From: Zygnema circumcarinatum SAG 698-1b
Taxonomy: Eukaryota; Plantae; Zygnematophyceae
NCBI GenBank assembly: GCA_037447605.1
Contig: CM074806.1
Location: 1,984,001 to 2,048,000 of the forward strand
DNA length: 64,000 bases
Direction: 5' to 3'
This document shows positions 10,983 through 23,586 of this stretch, piece after piece. Each line of letters opens with the position of its first letter. Positions within the stretch are counted from its first letter, which is position 1. The notes below the pieces were generated by a model. The model ran no database searches. It was not told the origin of the DNA and was given only the letters and a program-made list of their open reading frames with translations. The position numbers were made by a program, and so were the translations under genes.

Positions 10983-11467
10983 ACCCCAGCGGCCCACGCG
11001 AGGCGAGGCGCGCCGCGCGAAAAGCGGAGCCGCGTCCAACCGCCTGCGCGAACGACTAGTTCGCGCGCCGTGGGCCAGTCCGCCGGGTGCCACGTCACCC
11101 CCACCGTATTACTAGGAGGACAACACGCAGCGTCGCCTGTCACCGTGAACTGCAGCACGGAGCGCGGCCACCCTGGCGTCAGCACCTGACGTCACGAGTT
11201 CGGCCAGGTCCCCGAGTGCGCCGAGCTCCGCGGACCTGGGCTGTGCCCGTCCGGCCGGAGGTGCCCGTTCGTACAGTACTTGCTGTATTCGTACAAAAGG
11301 AGGTGCCAATAGACCAGTTGGCAATTGCCAAAACGCGCCCAACCCGAGTGCCCGCCTTTGTGGACGGCCCGACCGTACGGTACGGTACGGTTTAGGCCTG
11401 TACTTTTGAACAGGGCGGCGAGCGGAGGTGGGAAGGGAGAGGTCGGGAGGAGGCGCCGGCGCCAGCC

Positions 11468-14400
11468 ATGGCTGCAGGTGGGCCGCGGCCGGCGGAGGGG
11501 CTGCCCCTTCCGCGGCTCTCCTTCCCCTTCACGTTCCGCTTCGCGCAGATGATGACTGGCATCGGCGTTGGATGCGGGATTGGTGTGGGAGTTGGCCGCC
11601 CCGTCAACCTCGGTCAGTCTTGCGTCTTACGCATGCCAGGGCGTAGGAGGGCCACCCACATGGAATAACTTCTGAATTTTATGTTGATTTTTAGAGAAAC
11701 TATTTTGTAAAGTAAGACCTAATGGGTACAGTAATGACGCATGTATGTAGTGCATAGGCTAAGACTCTACATTTATTGCTTGTTTGACTCTTCTCCACAT
11801 CGGCGTTCCAAGCCGGCGAAGTGATTTGAATTTGTGCTGGCGGTTTTTCCAGGCGCATTTCCCATGGGAAGGGAGGTGATGAGCACTGCGTCGTCTTTGA
11901 ATCAATCCATGGCCACATTCACTGGACCAGTCAGAAATGCTGTAAGCCCTTTAAGCCAGAAATGTGCCTAACTTTTCAAGTGAAGTCTAAGTTCGGCGAT
12001 GAAAAAACGTTGACATCCACCGCTGGCACTTATTTTTTTGGAAAAGATGTGTTACTGCAGTCTGCTAGATTTTCAACAGAATAGTGTTGCATTATGTGTG
12101 CATGATAGAAACAATTAGCGGTGGAGTTACGCCGCCGCTATCTTTTCTCTGGATTGCATCTATTCTTGAGTGTTCAAGTCATTCGAAGCCATTCAAGCAT
12201 CCAAAAGGACACGCTAATGGCAAAGGTAAAGGTAATGGTGGAGGCTCTTGGCAATTCTTCACGATTGTTTAGTTCAAGTTCATGGCTTTCCGTGCTGTGA
12301 CATGTTTCACCAATCCTGAGAAGTGAGGCTTTGTCCTAGTCAGCTCAAGTCTTTGCAGATGTTATTGTGGCATCAAATGTTCATAGTTGGCAGAGTTGAT
12401 CTATTTATTTGTTTTTTACGTTTCATTACATGCAATAGCACAGCACTACTTATGCTGTATGAGTGTAACATCTACATGGGTATCTGTGACCTCTATTCTT
12501 CCGTATGCACAGTGTGAATGCACAGCTGGCATTCATTAGAATGATGGGGGGACTTGAAATACTGAAGTTGACTTCCTGGATGAGTACTTGGGGCCACTTT
12601 AAGAAGGCTTAATCTTGGAGATGGAGTACATTTGTGTTCTTAGAACTTTTCTATGGCTCATTGGCACCTGTGTGTTTCTGAAAAGACGGTGATGGCAGAT
12701 GTTGGAGATGGGAGTAAGCGATGCGAGACCGGGATTGGCTGATCGCAGATATTTCAGATGGGCGTGAAGAATCTGGAGGCTGGCATTGGCTGTGGAGTTG
12801 GAATAGGGTACGGCTTTGGAGTCGGTAAGCTTGAGAGACAGATCTTCGATTAAATAGCAAAGTGAAATTAGGTCATTGTCATACTCGAATGCTTTCTTTC
12901 CTCTGCATGTCTCTGAAGGAAACTGGAATGAGCTTAGCAGCTTTCTGGCCAGCCTCGAAGTGCTCAGTTTCTGAGTACCACTCTTCAAGTTTACAAGAGA
13001 GGATTGCGAAAAGAGGATTGTCTTGTGTGTGCTCAATGAAAGACACTTGGCCGATTGACTTTCTTTGGGGATGCCGACACGCGTGGCAGAAGTTCCAAGC
13101 TTTTTAGCTGCTTTTCTCAAGCGGATGCTTCCCTCCTGTAATGATTTTTGTGGGAGTTGAAATGATTGAACTGGACACCGTTAAGCTGAACACATCACAA
13201 CGTTCTGTCTGGCTCACTGACTTGTGTTGCAGGTTTGGCTTTGAAGCCTGGAGTCAGTGAACAGATGGTTGAGTATGCACAGGTGTGAGCCTAATTCCCT
13301 TCCTCCCCTTCTTTGTTGTTATCTTTTCACAAGCCGGCTGAGTCTTTGAAGCATGCACGATGGTGCGCGTATCCGCCCCTTCCGTACTCCTGACTTCCGT
13401 CCTCCCATGGTTGCTGTCTGCAGGCAGTGGCCGCCCGCCTGAAGGACCAGCTGGCGCCACGTCTGCAGGCCATTGGTGGTCCCTCCCCCTATCCTGCAGT
13501 GACACCTGGCACGGCCCTCAGTCCAGCCACCCCTTTGAGTGCTATTGGAGGTTCCACATCATCCGGATCCGCCTTACCGAGCATGACGACAAAGCTGTCA
13601 GAAGCGGAGGTGAGTTATTGATACGGAAATAGCACAGTTTGTTGAATCCTGGACATGTTTTTCTCTGTCTAGGATTCCAATTATACATTCTCTATACGTT
13701 TGTTTGGTTTGTCCTGGTCTCTATGGAGAGAATACCGGCAGACTTTCACAAGACTCTCCAGTCAGTACGTGGCTGGCATGTTTGCAAAGAAGCAACTGGT
13801 AGAGGCTACATCATGGTCTTGACTAGTGATAGAAATCAACGTGGCATGGATTCTGCTTTCGCTTTTTTCTTGTGATCAACTATGTGCTCATCTCTGAAGC
13901 TTCTTGGAGTGATATAGGGGTTTTGCTACAAGATGATCTTGCTGGTGAGTTGCGTATGGACAGAGATGTGATGGGTATTTGAACATTCTGAATAAGTGCT
14001 CTTTCTGGTCGATGCTGTGTTGAATGGCCAGGTCACACAACTTCAAGTCAACCAGAGGCTGATGACCTCGGTGAGTGCTGTATTTCAGGAAGTAACAAAG
14101 TATCCTCGTGGCCAGAATAAGCATATGAGTGGGTGGAATTCTTGAATAAATTTGGTGCGACAGCTTTTTTTTCTTTTCTTTTTCAGCTGCCTCCGGCCAT
14201 TCTTGTTTCTGGTTCAGGGAGCTCTTCTGTATCTTTAACTCAGCTAACTGTGTCAAGTTCTCTCAAATGTTCTGGTTGTGTCTGGCAGATCCTAAGGCAA
14301 GAGGAGGAGTTAGCGAAGCAGAGAAACGAGATTCAGGCCCTCAAAGCCAAGATATCCGCCATGGAGAAAGGACCGGCTGGGAGCGCGGGACCTTTGGGCG

Positions 14401-14615
14401 CTGAGTTGTTTGGTGTGAGCTGCATAGAGAGCCGCCCTGGGGCGACGGACGGGCTGCAGAGCCTGGTGGAGGGCAGCTTCTACGAGAAGAAGCAGAAAGA
14501 AAGTGCTATGGAGATGGTTAGTTCAGAGGGTGAGTTCTTGAATGTCGTCTACCAACGACTCGGAAAGCCTTGTTGGAAATGTTGGGGGAGATGCCGACGA
14601 ATGATGAGGAAATAA
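11468..14615 (+). CDS. Conserved uncharacterised plant protein with Gly-rich hydrophobic (GxG) segments, a coiled coil and a Cys/Arg tail
   Basis: Exons: FPFTFRFAQMMTGIGVGCGIGVGVGRPVNLG | AFPMGREVMS..PVRNA | MGVKNLEAGIGCGVGIGYGFGVG | LALKPGVSEQMVEYAQ | AVAARLKDQ..SEAE | ILRQEEELAKQRNEIQALKAK..PCWKCWGRCRRMMRK*. GT-AG boundaries. Confidence 0.75.
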
Positions 14616-17600
14616 AAGGTGCGCTTTTAGCACTGCAATGTCCGTTCTTGTTATGCATGAAACGGATTCAGTTGGATTCCCACGTGGATATGTTTGCTGT
14701 GGTGCAATGCACTGGTTAGATCCTGCAACTCTGGCTGTACGGAATGCGAGGCACAAGCCATTCCTCCGGATTTAAACCCATCCATTTGATGGTGCTCCAT
14801 CCCACCAGCTTCTTGTTCGGTAGGACCAGTCGTAGTCGTAGCAATAGCAGCCTCCGCGCACACCATCTCACGATCAGAAAGGGTCCCATCCAACGGCTCA
14901 GGAGGCGCCAGGCGGCTTCCTAGGGCCTTTCCCCAACCCCCGCCTTCAACTCGTGCCTGCCTGCCTGCCTGCCGGCCAAGAATGAAAGAAAGAAAGGAAA
15001 ATCCAATCCCGTCCAGGCCCGCCACCGCCCGGCAAGCAAGCAAGCAAGCAAGCAACCAAGTCGGCCCTCTCTTGAGGCAGGCACTCAGGCACTCAGGCAC
15101 TCAGGCAGGAAGGCGTACAGTATCAAATGTGAAATTTACAAAAAAGAAATATTTCACCATATTTCGGGTGCGAGTCCGATTACGACGCCGCGGCCTCCAG
15201 TTGCAATCTGGGAAACCACGCGTGCCTGCGTTGCTGACGTATGTAAGTCGTCACAAAAGTTTACATTCTGCCCGCTTGACAACGACCAGTGCTCGTTCAG
15301 TACGGCCGCTGCAATGCGCCGTACAGTACAGAGAAGGACGCTCGCCGTACCGTACGCCATTCGGATCGTACTGCTGGTACAGTACCGTACCTTCGGGCCA
15401 ACTGTAATGTACGGAGACACCGATCGCGGCGGAAGGCAGGGCACGGTTTGTCGGTGCGCGCGGTTGGCAACAACTGTACGGACGGGCTCGAGGGACGGGA
15501 CGGCCCCAGAACCAGACGCAGCGGGCTCCCTCACAGTGGCAACGCCTGGCAAGGAGCAAGGCTTGGCTTGGCAAAGATTGGCTGCTGGAGCGCCTGTCGA
15601 CGTCGCCTCGCCAGGTAAATGTGTGCTCCGGCCATGGCCGCATGGCTGCACCCTGACCGAAGGAGGTCGTGAATGTTAGTTCTCAGATGATACGGATCAT
15701 TGTGCCTTGTACAAACTGGTCAATGCAGCAGTCGTTAGGTTCCTAGTTTTCTTGTCATCAAGCTTGACAGATCCAGCTCACCAAGGCGCATTTTGTCCAT
15801 GCGGGATCGCTCAAACTTTATTTTTTAGGGTTTCTTCTCAAGTTAAAAGCTCTCTGCGGCTCTTTGCCTTTGTTCTTTTGTGTGCCGAGTAACTGCGTCC
15901 TCAAGCTGTTAAGCTTTAAATTTTCGCTTTGCCATGTAGAACCTGTTCTAAAATCCGAGAGCTATCTTTCATTGAGTTTCTTAAAGTTTGAGGCCACCTG
16001 GCACGAATCTGCTTGACTCCCAGTTCGTATTGTTCAACTTTCTCACGTATGTTTTTAAAATCCTTCCTCGGTCGTCTCGGCCATTTATCAGCTGCCTTTT
16101 GCAGCCATACCGCGGACTGCCATTAGTAACTTAATCCAGATAATACGAAATGCGTCTTCCTGTACTTTGACAAATCCAAAGTATCGTACTTCGTATCCTC
16201 CGCAAGGTCATTTCTCTCGTTAGCGTTTGGACTTGCGTTTTATTGGAAAGTGTAAATTAAAAACTTTCTTACTCTACAATCTTTCTTTGTAAAGTCGGAC
16301 GCATCGCGCGATACATTTGCCTTGCCAGTATGCGGCTTTATTTCTACGCTTTCGTCGTCAGCATTTTGAGTTTCGTTTCCATTGATCGAATAGAGACATG
16401 CGTAAGCATTAACGTGACATGACAAAAAAAGCTGTGAGTGGCAGTACGCCGGATCAGTGATGGACATTTCGTTATTCAGTATGCCCTGCTAACGTAACCA
16501 TTTCCTGTTTGCAGATTCTATTTTCCTTCCCCAGAGGGGTTGGACCTTCCTATTTGGCACTATGGGTTTCATCAAGGATTTGTAAGTCAGTAAAGCCGGT
16601 TACGTTTCCTTGTGGTTGTGCTCATGTGAGCGCTCACAGATGCTTTGACACTTTTTGGAGCATCGGTCTTGCAAACCTCTGTAATCCCAGGCAACTGAGC
16701 ACACTTCATAGCAGTCGTTGGAGCTGGTTGAGAGGCAGTGAGACCTAAGTAGCCGTATTCTGTATTTTCACAGGATTGTCCTTTTGACGTGTGGACTTCC
16801 CGTAGAAGATTTTGCTCAGTGCGTTGAAGACTGCCTTTGCTGCCCATTCCACTGTTCGGGCTGTTTCGACGGAGGCGAGCCCGAGCTGCGCTGAAAGGAG
16901 CTATGAATTTGTTGGTTGGCTTCTCAGAGTACCGTTTTTTCATGACTTTAAGTAAGCACGTATGGTCGTCTATTCTAACTCTATCATGGAATTTGGATCA
17001 GGATAGTCATGGCAAAATGAGCATGCCAACTTTTTTTCAGAAACACTTTTCAAATGAAATAGCTTGAATAAACTTCTTTTTAGCTGTTTACCATTTTTTC
17101 GTGTCTTTCGTTGAATAGACAGAAAACAGGGGATTTGAAAGTGACTGTTTGGACAGACTATAGCTCATTTGCAGGGTGCCTTGTGTAAGGCAGCTCTGCT
17201 TTCTGTTTATATTTTCGTGGTAGCCGCGGATGAGGCCCTTAACGCCAGCCAAGATGTCCGTTGCCGCTCCAGGGAACGGTAGGGGACGGTGAAAGGCTGC
17301 AGTTTGTATATTTTTTTCTGAGGAAATTTTGGGGCGGCAATGTCCGCTTCAGTCCGGAGTGGCTCTGCGTTACATCTGGCAGTGTTCAGGGCAATGAAAC
17401 GCCCCCACTTATGTTCCGTTGGATTCCTTTTAAGAGTGCGTGTGTGCCTCTTGAAGTGAGCATTGCTGTTGTTCTCGGAGCTTGCCCCTTGCAGCGTCAT
17501 TCGTGAGGCTTACAGGTGGAGCCGCAGGCGCCCTGCAGGACCGAGGTATATCGCCTTTCAGTTCCATAGACATTCTGAGTTTTTAAGCTTTTGTTGTTGA

Positions 17601-18201
17601 TTCATGGTGCAACGATCGGTCGCACTATGAATGGAGCTGCACTGTCTTGGGTCGACTGATTTTGCTCCTGAAGACAATACACACACAAAGCAGACTGTTG
17701 CGATTGTTATGATTTAGTCGATGGTTGACACTCGAGTTTTGTTCAACAATTTCAGCGTACGATTGTATTTCTGGAAAGACGCACAATGTTGCAAACACAT
17801 TTAGATTTGTATCCATGAGTTGGAAGAATTTCCAGACTTTGAGTGGAAGGTGGGAGCGAAAAGAGAAGTGAATGCCACATCCGCTGGCAGACCATGCAAC
17901 CATCAATTTTTGTTGGTCACCTTTTGGCATGAAAGAACAGCTTGCAACGCCCCACAGCGCATGCCAACGGCAGCCCCATCCATCCATCCATCCATTCGCC
18001 ACGAGCATGCTCGCGCGCCGCGTGGCTGCGTGCCATTGGCTGGAAGCTCAGTCCACGTGGCGCCTGATGGCCGCCCGGCCCCTCCCGGCTCCCGCGCTTC
18101 CATTTCCAGCCAGTCTGTGCCTCAGCCTTCCTCCCCTCCTCGCCCAGGAGCCTGGCAGCCTGCAGGCAGGGCTGAGGACGTCGCTCGGCGGAGCCACGGC
18201 C

Positions 18202-21200
18202 ATGGCCATGGCCAACAGTGAGATTCTTCTATGAAAGAGCTAGTGAGCTGGTGGAGAGCTTGTGAAGAGGGTGGATTTATTGCTGCTTATGTAAACCCTG
18301 GAATTTTAAAAGGCGTTTGTCAGAACGAAGGCTTTGCAGCAATTCGCATAGCTCTTGTCAGAGTGTTTGAAATTCTAGCTCTGCTCGTAGAGTTTGCTAA
18401 GTAGCAGTAATTCTGGAAGGAGGGAAAAGTTTGGATGCGGAGGGAGTAGCTCGTAAGGACTTGAGACTTTTTTAGGCAGACTCCAATGCGTGCTGCTTGG
18501 ACGAGCTAGGAAGCAAAAGATCATTTTCATGTCAGTAGGCATGGCTCTTCCTTTGGATGCGCGCTGCTGTTCAGGCGTGCTCAGCAAGCGGCAGCAGGTG
18601 TCCCATATCAGTGGCAGCGCGCCACCAGCAGCTTTGCTTTCTTTGAGTCCTAGGACTTCGTTGAGTTGGCAATGCTCAGGCAAAATGACAATCGATTCTG
18701 GCCTTTGGGGTCAGAGATTGCGTTACTTTCCATCTCATCAAAGGTTAATATGCAAAGAAGCTAGAGATCAACGGCTTGCTTACAGCAGTCCAGTTTGTGG
18801 TCCCTTACAAGGCGATTTACCCGCACAACTTATACAGAGAGCTTCGCACGTCACATCAATTGAGCAGCTTGTAGAGATTGGAGAGGATGCCTTAACAGCT
18901 GCAGGACAAAAATTGGAGCAAGATTTTCCGGCATTGAGTTTTCCTGCCCATCTTCTAGAAGGATCGTCAGATGCCCTTAAAGAGTTCATGAAACTACCAG
19001 GAGAAGAGAGAACAAGGGACATACTGCTCTTCGTAGGCGCTTGGGTTTACATGACAGCGAGACCCGGAGTGCTGGCAGGGGCTATTGATGCATATGCCTT
19101 TGCACCATTACAACTCTTCATTGATTCCGTCAGGGGACGAAGGAATTTCAAGAGAACGGACTTTCTTCTTGGAAGAAGGATGGGAGAGGGCAGCTTCGGA
19201 ACAGTTTACGAGGCAAGTGGCGACGATTTTCAATCATGGAAATCAGAACATTTTATTTGAATTTTTGCTTGGCACAATGCCTTTGGACGAAGTTCCCTAC
19301 ACTTGAATTACGTTCCATTTCGTGAACTTTTTCTGAAGGCAGTCAAGATGCGCAATTTCATTTTTTTTTTACTGTTGACATTGGACGGGTTAATGCTGGG
19401 ATGCAAAGCGCTCTATTTTTTCGTCCAGTGCAAGTATTGGAACGTTAGAGGCATTTTAGCTCTTGACCCTTCCCCACTTGTTTCTTCTCTTTTTCTATTT
19501 TCGCATTTTGTACGTTAACGACGCATTCTCCACTGTGGATCTTTTAAGGAAAGTATGCCACATTTTGAGGTCAGAACCCCTGTGAATTCCTTAGGTGTAA
19601 CCAAAGCTCGAAACCAAAATGATTTTTTCTTTTCTTTTGGAGATTGATTTCTCAGAAAGCCTGCATGCTGATGCTTGCAGGGAGGCTTGCGCTCAGGGAT
19701 AGCTGCTGAAGAGGAGGAGCTCGGTCGTCGATCGAAGAAGCTGTATGATGCTGAAACCCGAGGAGACTTGCAAAGGGTTGTTCTGAAAAAGGTGGGGTAG
19801 CTGTCTTTATCCTGTATGTCTGGGAGGAAGCACCACGAGGTGCTTTCTGAAATTGGAAACTTTGCTGCCTTGAAGGACTTTGTAAGATTCACCGAGTAGA
19901 TCAAGAGGTGGAGTTCATAACTGAAAATGTGTACAGCTTAGCTTCTCGTACAACAATGTGTTTTTAACTGGCCTATTGATGTTAGATTTATTAATAATAT
20001 GCTGCTGTCACACTCGTTTACAGGATACGTTTCTCGTCTTTCTGGACTGAGATTGCATTCGCTTGACTCCTGCAATTGACTTAATACTCGTAAGGACAGA
20101 GGAAGGCCAGAAATTTTTTTACATTATGGAGAATGGACACAATTTAGAATATTGTTGAGAACAAAAAAGCCAGCTTGATAACGGATGAAGGTAACTGTTT
20201 GCAGGGTTCGAATCAAAAAAATGTTCGTAGCTAAGCACAACTTGACTTGACTTGGCTGTGGTTGTTGCCAGGTGAAAATGGACAAGAAAGGTGCGGTGCA
20301 AAGTGGTGAAGTGGAGGAGTGGTTCAATTTGAGAATGCGGCGAGTCGCACCAGAAGCCTGCGCAAAATATATGGGCAGCTTTGTGGCAGATAAAACACGA
20401 GGTCAATTTTCAAAGGGAGGCCAATGGCTTGTTTGGAAATACGAGGTGGGTTCCTTACATGGTTTGGTACCCATCCAATGGGCAAAGGAATGAGAATGAC
20501 AAAAAGGTTACCGAGGTTGTTGGAACTCGTAATGCTTTTATATTTTTGCTTAAATGCAATCCTGAGCCATAAGAGAGCCATCTCATTTGCGATCATGACC
20601 AGGCCGTGGCTTAAACTGTATTTCAGAATGCCTGGCTTCAAGTAACATGGTTTATTTGGAACTACCCTAATGTAGAATTAAAGGCAGCATTTTACTCACC
20701 AATTGTGCATGCGTAATAACCAGTGGCTCATTCCACAGTTTAGTACACCGTGTAAATCTGCTTATGCGAATTTGCTGAGTTAGCCGTCCTCGTATGTTTA
20801 GGTCCCGTTAGGCTGCGGAGCTATCTATTTAGTCTCTTTAAGGTAACAGTACCATACATCTCATCAATCCGTATTCACTTCAACTGAAGTTGACTAAATT
20901 GGGTTTGTTTCTTAGCTGGTTCTCTCTTTAAGTATGGCTAGGGACTGAAAATGGACCAATTAGTTGTTGACTTCTGACGATTGTTTCTGTGAGTTTGTTG
21001 GTTTTCAGCATTGTCTCTGCAACTGCTTAATTGGTTGACATTTTTATGGACTGCAGGGAGATGAAACTCTCGCTGATTATATGACAAGATCAGATTTTCC
21101 CGAAAACTTGGGGCCCATCCTCTTTGGAAAGTCTTTTTTGGATAGTACAGAAAGCAACCGCCGTCGTTCTCTTATTGTTAAACAAATCCTGAGGCAGTTG

Positions 21201-22249
21201 ATGGTGGCGTTGAAGAAGATGCATAGCACGGGGATAGTGCATCGTGATATCAAGCCCTCTAATATTGTTATCACCAATAAAGGGTCTGTCAAGTTAATTG
21301 ACTTTGGGGCAGCAACAGATCTGCGAGTAGGAAAGAACTATGTCCCAGACATGGGCATGCTTGATCCTGATTACTGCCCCCCTGAACTCTATGTCATGCC
21401 CGAAACTACGCCAATTCCCCCACCTGAGCCAGTGGCTGCCCTTCTATCGCCTATCCTTTGGCAGGTGAGATTGACAAACCTGTTGGCACAATTTGGCTTA
21501 GCTAGTTTCAACGTTGTAATACCTGCAGTGTGGAGGTGAACTTGCATTTTAGGACATAGGTCGCAAGATTCTTTCTGCTTATGGCCTTTTTTGTCCAAAT
21601 AGAACTAGTTGGGATGGACTTTTGAGGCTCAAGTTAATCAGCAACGTAATTTGGTTTATGGCCGTGATCAGATTGCGCAGCATCTCATCATATCATGTTT
21701 TTTAATGGCACCAGAAGGAAGTCAAGCGAGTTTTTGTAACGTGTAGCAGGATGGCTATTGCTCGCGAAGAGTGGGGCGTGAAGGGCTTAACTTGTTTCCC
21801 TAGACCGAAGAGTGTAGCCTAGAGCCTAGTCTCTGGTGATGTGGATGCTACGTGAAGGAGTTTGTTAAAGGCTCAAGTTTCTGGTGTCCATGTGAGTGCA
21901 GTTGAACCACCCCGACCTCTTCGACATCTACTCCGCGGGCATATTGTTCCTGCAGATGTCGGTTCCCAGCCTGCGCACTCCCGTAGGGCTACAGACCTTC
22001 AAAGCGGAGCTCAAAGACGCGGACTATGACCTCAATGAGTGGCGGCGACGCACGCGCACAAGACCGAACCTTGAGCTGCTGGAGGTGGATGGCGGCAAGG
22101 GCTGGGACTTGGTCACAAAGATGGTCTGCAGAAGAGGCGCCCTCATGAAAGGAAGGCTTTCCGCAGCAGAGGCTTTGCGGCATCCCTACTTCTTGTTGGC
22201 GGGAGACCAGGCCGCGGCATTGGTCTCAAAGTTTACTTTATCGGGGTAG
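18202..22249 (+). CDS. STN8: Chloroplast thylakoid Ser/Thr kinase STN8
   Basis: Exons 18476-19212 (WVYMTARPGVLAGAIDAY..GEGSFGTVYE), 19681-19791 (VVLKK), 20272-20445 (EEWFNLRMRRVAPE..GGQWLVWKYE), 21057-21464 (HRDIKPSN, DFGAATDLRVGKNY, DPDYCPPE), 21902-22249 (GRLSAAEALRHPYF). Start is uncertain: a mini-exon 18202-18217 splices in frame; alternative ATGs at 18067, 18529 and 18541. Confidence 0.92.
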
Positions 22250-22930
22250 TCCCTGCAGCGTTGGCAGGAAATCGAGCCGAAGAAAAGAGCAGCGGAGGGC
22301 GTCCATTTCCTGTTTTGAAGTTTGTCTATTAGGCATTACATTTCCAACACCTCCCTGTCGCTGTTCGCAGTCCTCTTTCATCTTGACTTTTGCTTATGTT
22401 AATCTATTTATGAAAGTGGTCGGGAGTGTGGATTACTCCACAATCTAACGCAGAGGTTGGCTACACAACACATGTTTTGTTCACCCATCGCCTCAAGGTG
22501 AATGACATACTTCCTTCACTAGGAAGCCAAGACGGGAAGCAATGTCAATAATACTTACTCCACTTAACTTCAAAAGAAACATCTTCCGACTTTACTAACT
22601 TTGTCAATCCCTTCACTATATGCCCTCATAAATACAATGCAGCGCCAGGACTCAGACACATGTCTGAATAGCATGGAGGATGCATTGCATTGTATTCGTA
22701 TAAAAAGCGCGCTGCTCCAAGAACTCGCGCTGACACACCGGCCATCACTAGTCCTGTCGCACTATGGGGAAGTGTGTCTATGGGCGCGAAAGTGAGACGC
22801 CAAAACCCCTACACTAATGCCCCGCATTGCATGCACGGCGTCGCACACTATGACAAATGTGTGCACTACACTACTTGACATCATGGTTTTTATAACGCAC
22901 AGTCAGCCCTGAAACCCTTCGGACGGGTGG

Positions 22931-23238
22931 TTCACAGGTCGGACCATTGGGTCAACCATTGCAATGGTTGGCAACCATTGCAATTGTTCCGAACCATTGG
23001 TTAGCAATGGTTGCCAACCATTGGAATGGTCCGGAACCAGTGCATGCCAATGGTTGGCGACTATTCGAATGGTTCGGAACCAGTGGAAGTCATAGTTGGC
23101 AACCATAACCATTGAATATCCAACCATTGGATATCCAACCATTGGACATCCAACTATTGGAGTCCAACCATTGGACATCCAACCATGGCCATCCAATGGT
23201 TATCAAATGGTTGCCGATCCAATGGTCCGACCTGTGAA
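22931..23238. mobile_element. Foldback/MITE-like element built of CCATTGG/CCAATGG motifs
   Basis: Perfect 20-bp inverted repeat TTCACAGGTCGGACCATTGG (22931-22950 / 23219-23238); internal 15-bp tandem unit ATCCAACCATTGGA(T/C); palindrome CAACCATTGCAATGGTTG. Confidence 0.6.
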
Positions 23239-23586
23239 GTGGTTGACCAGGAAAACATTGACATGGCAGCCCAGACTAATATCTCCGGACAATTTTCGGG
23301 TTTACACAAGTAGTCAGGCCTCCGAAATACTTTTTGCAGGTCACATGATTTAATGTAACATAGGCTAATTTCGAGCCCACATAATTTGCACACCCGCACT
23401 AACAGTGATGGTCGGTGTACTGAATGCCTCATTCATACCATTATTTTTTTTCTAATCGCTGGCATCGCCAACCCATGCAAAAATTCACACAATATGAAAA
23501 AAAAATCACAGGCGATTATAATTCTGACCAATCATACTTTGGCGCTTCTCTTTCCTACCCATCCAAATGGTTTCTGTTACCGCTAT

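Noticed and set aside
10602-11185. ORFs with the repeated peptide GQVRS
   Set aside because: Translation of the (ACCTG)n microsatellite. The CAG|GT recursive-splice resemblance was also dropped because no host intron is evident.
14651-15100. 149-aa - strand ORF downstream of the Gly-rich gene
   Set aside because: No motif; partly built from (GCAG)n-type simple repeats.
22903-23353. ORFs with YPTIG or GYPMV repeats; a CRISPR-like look
   Set aside because: Translation of the 15-bp tandem unit; no unique spacers, eukaryotic context and no cas genes.
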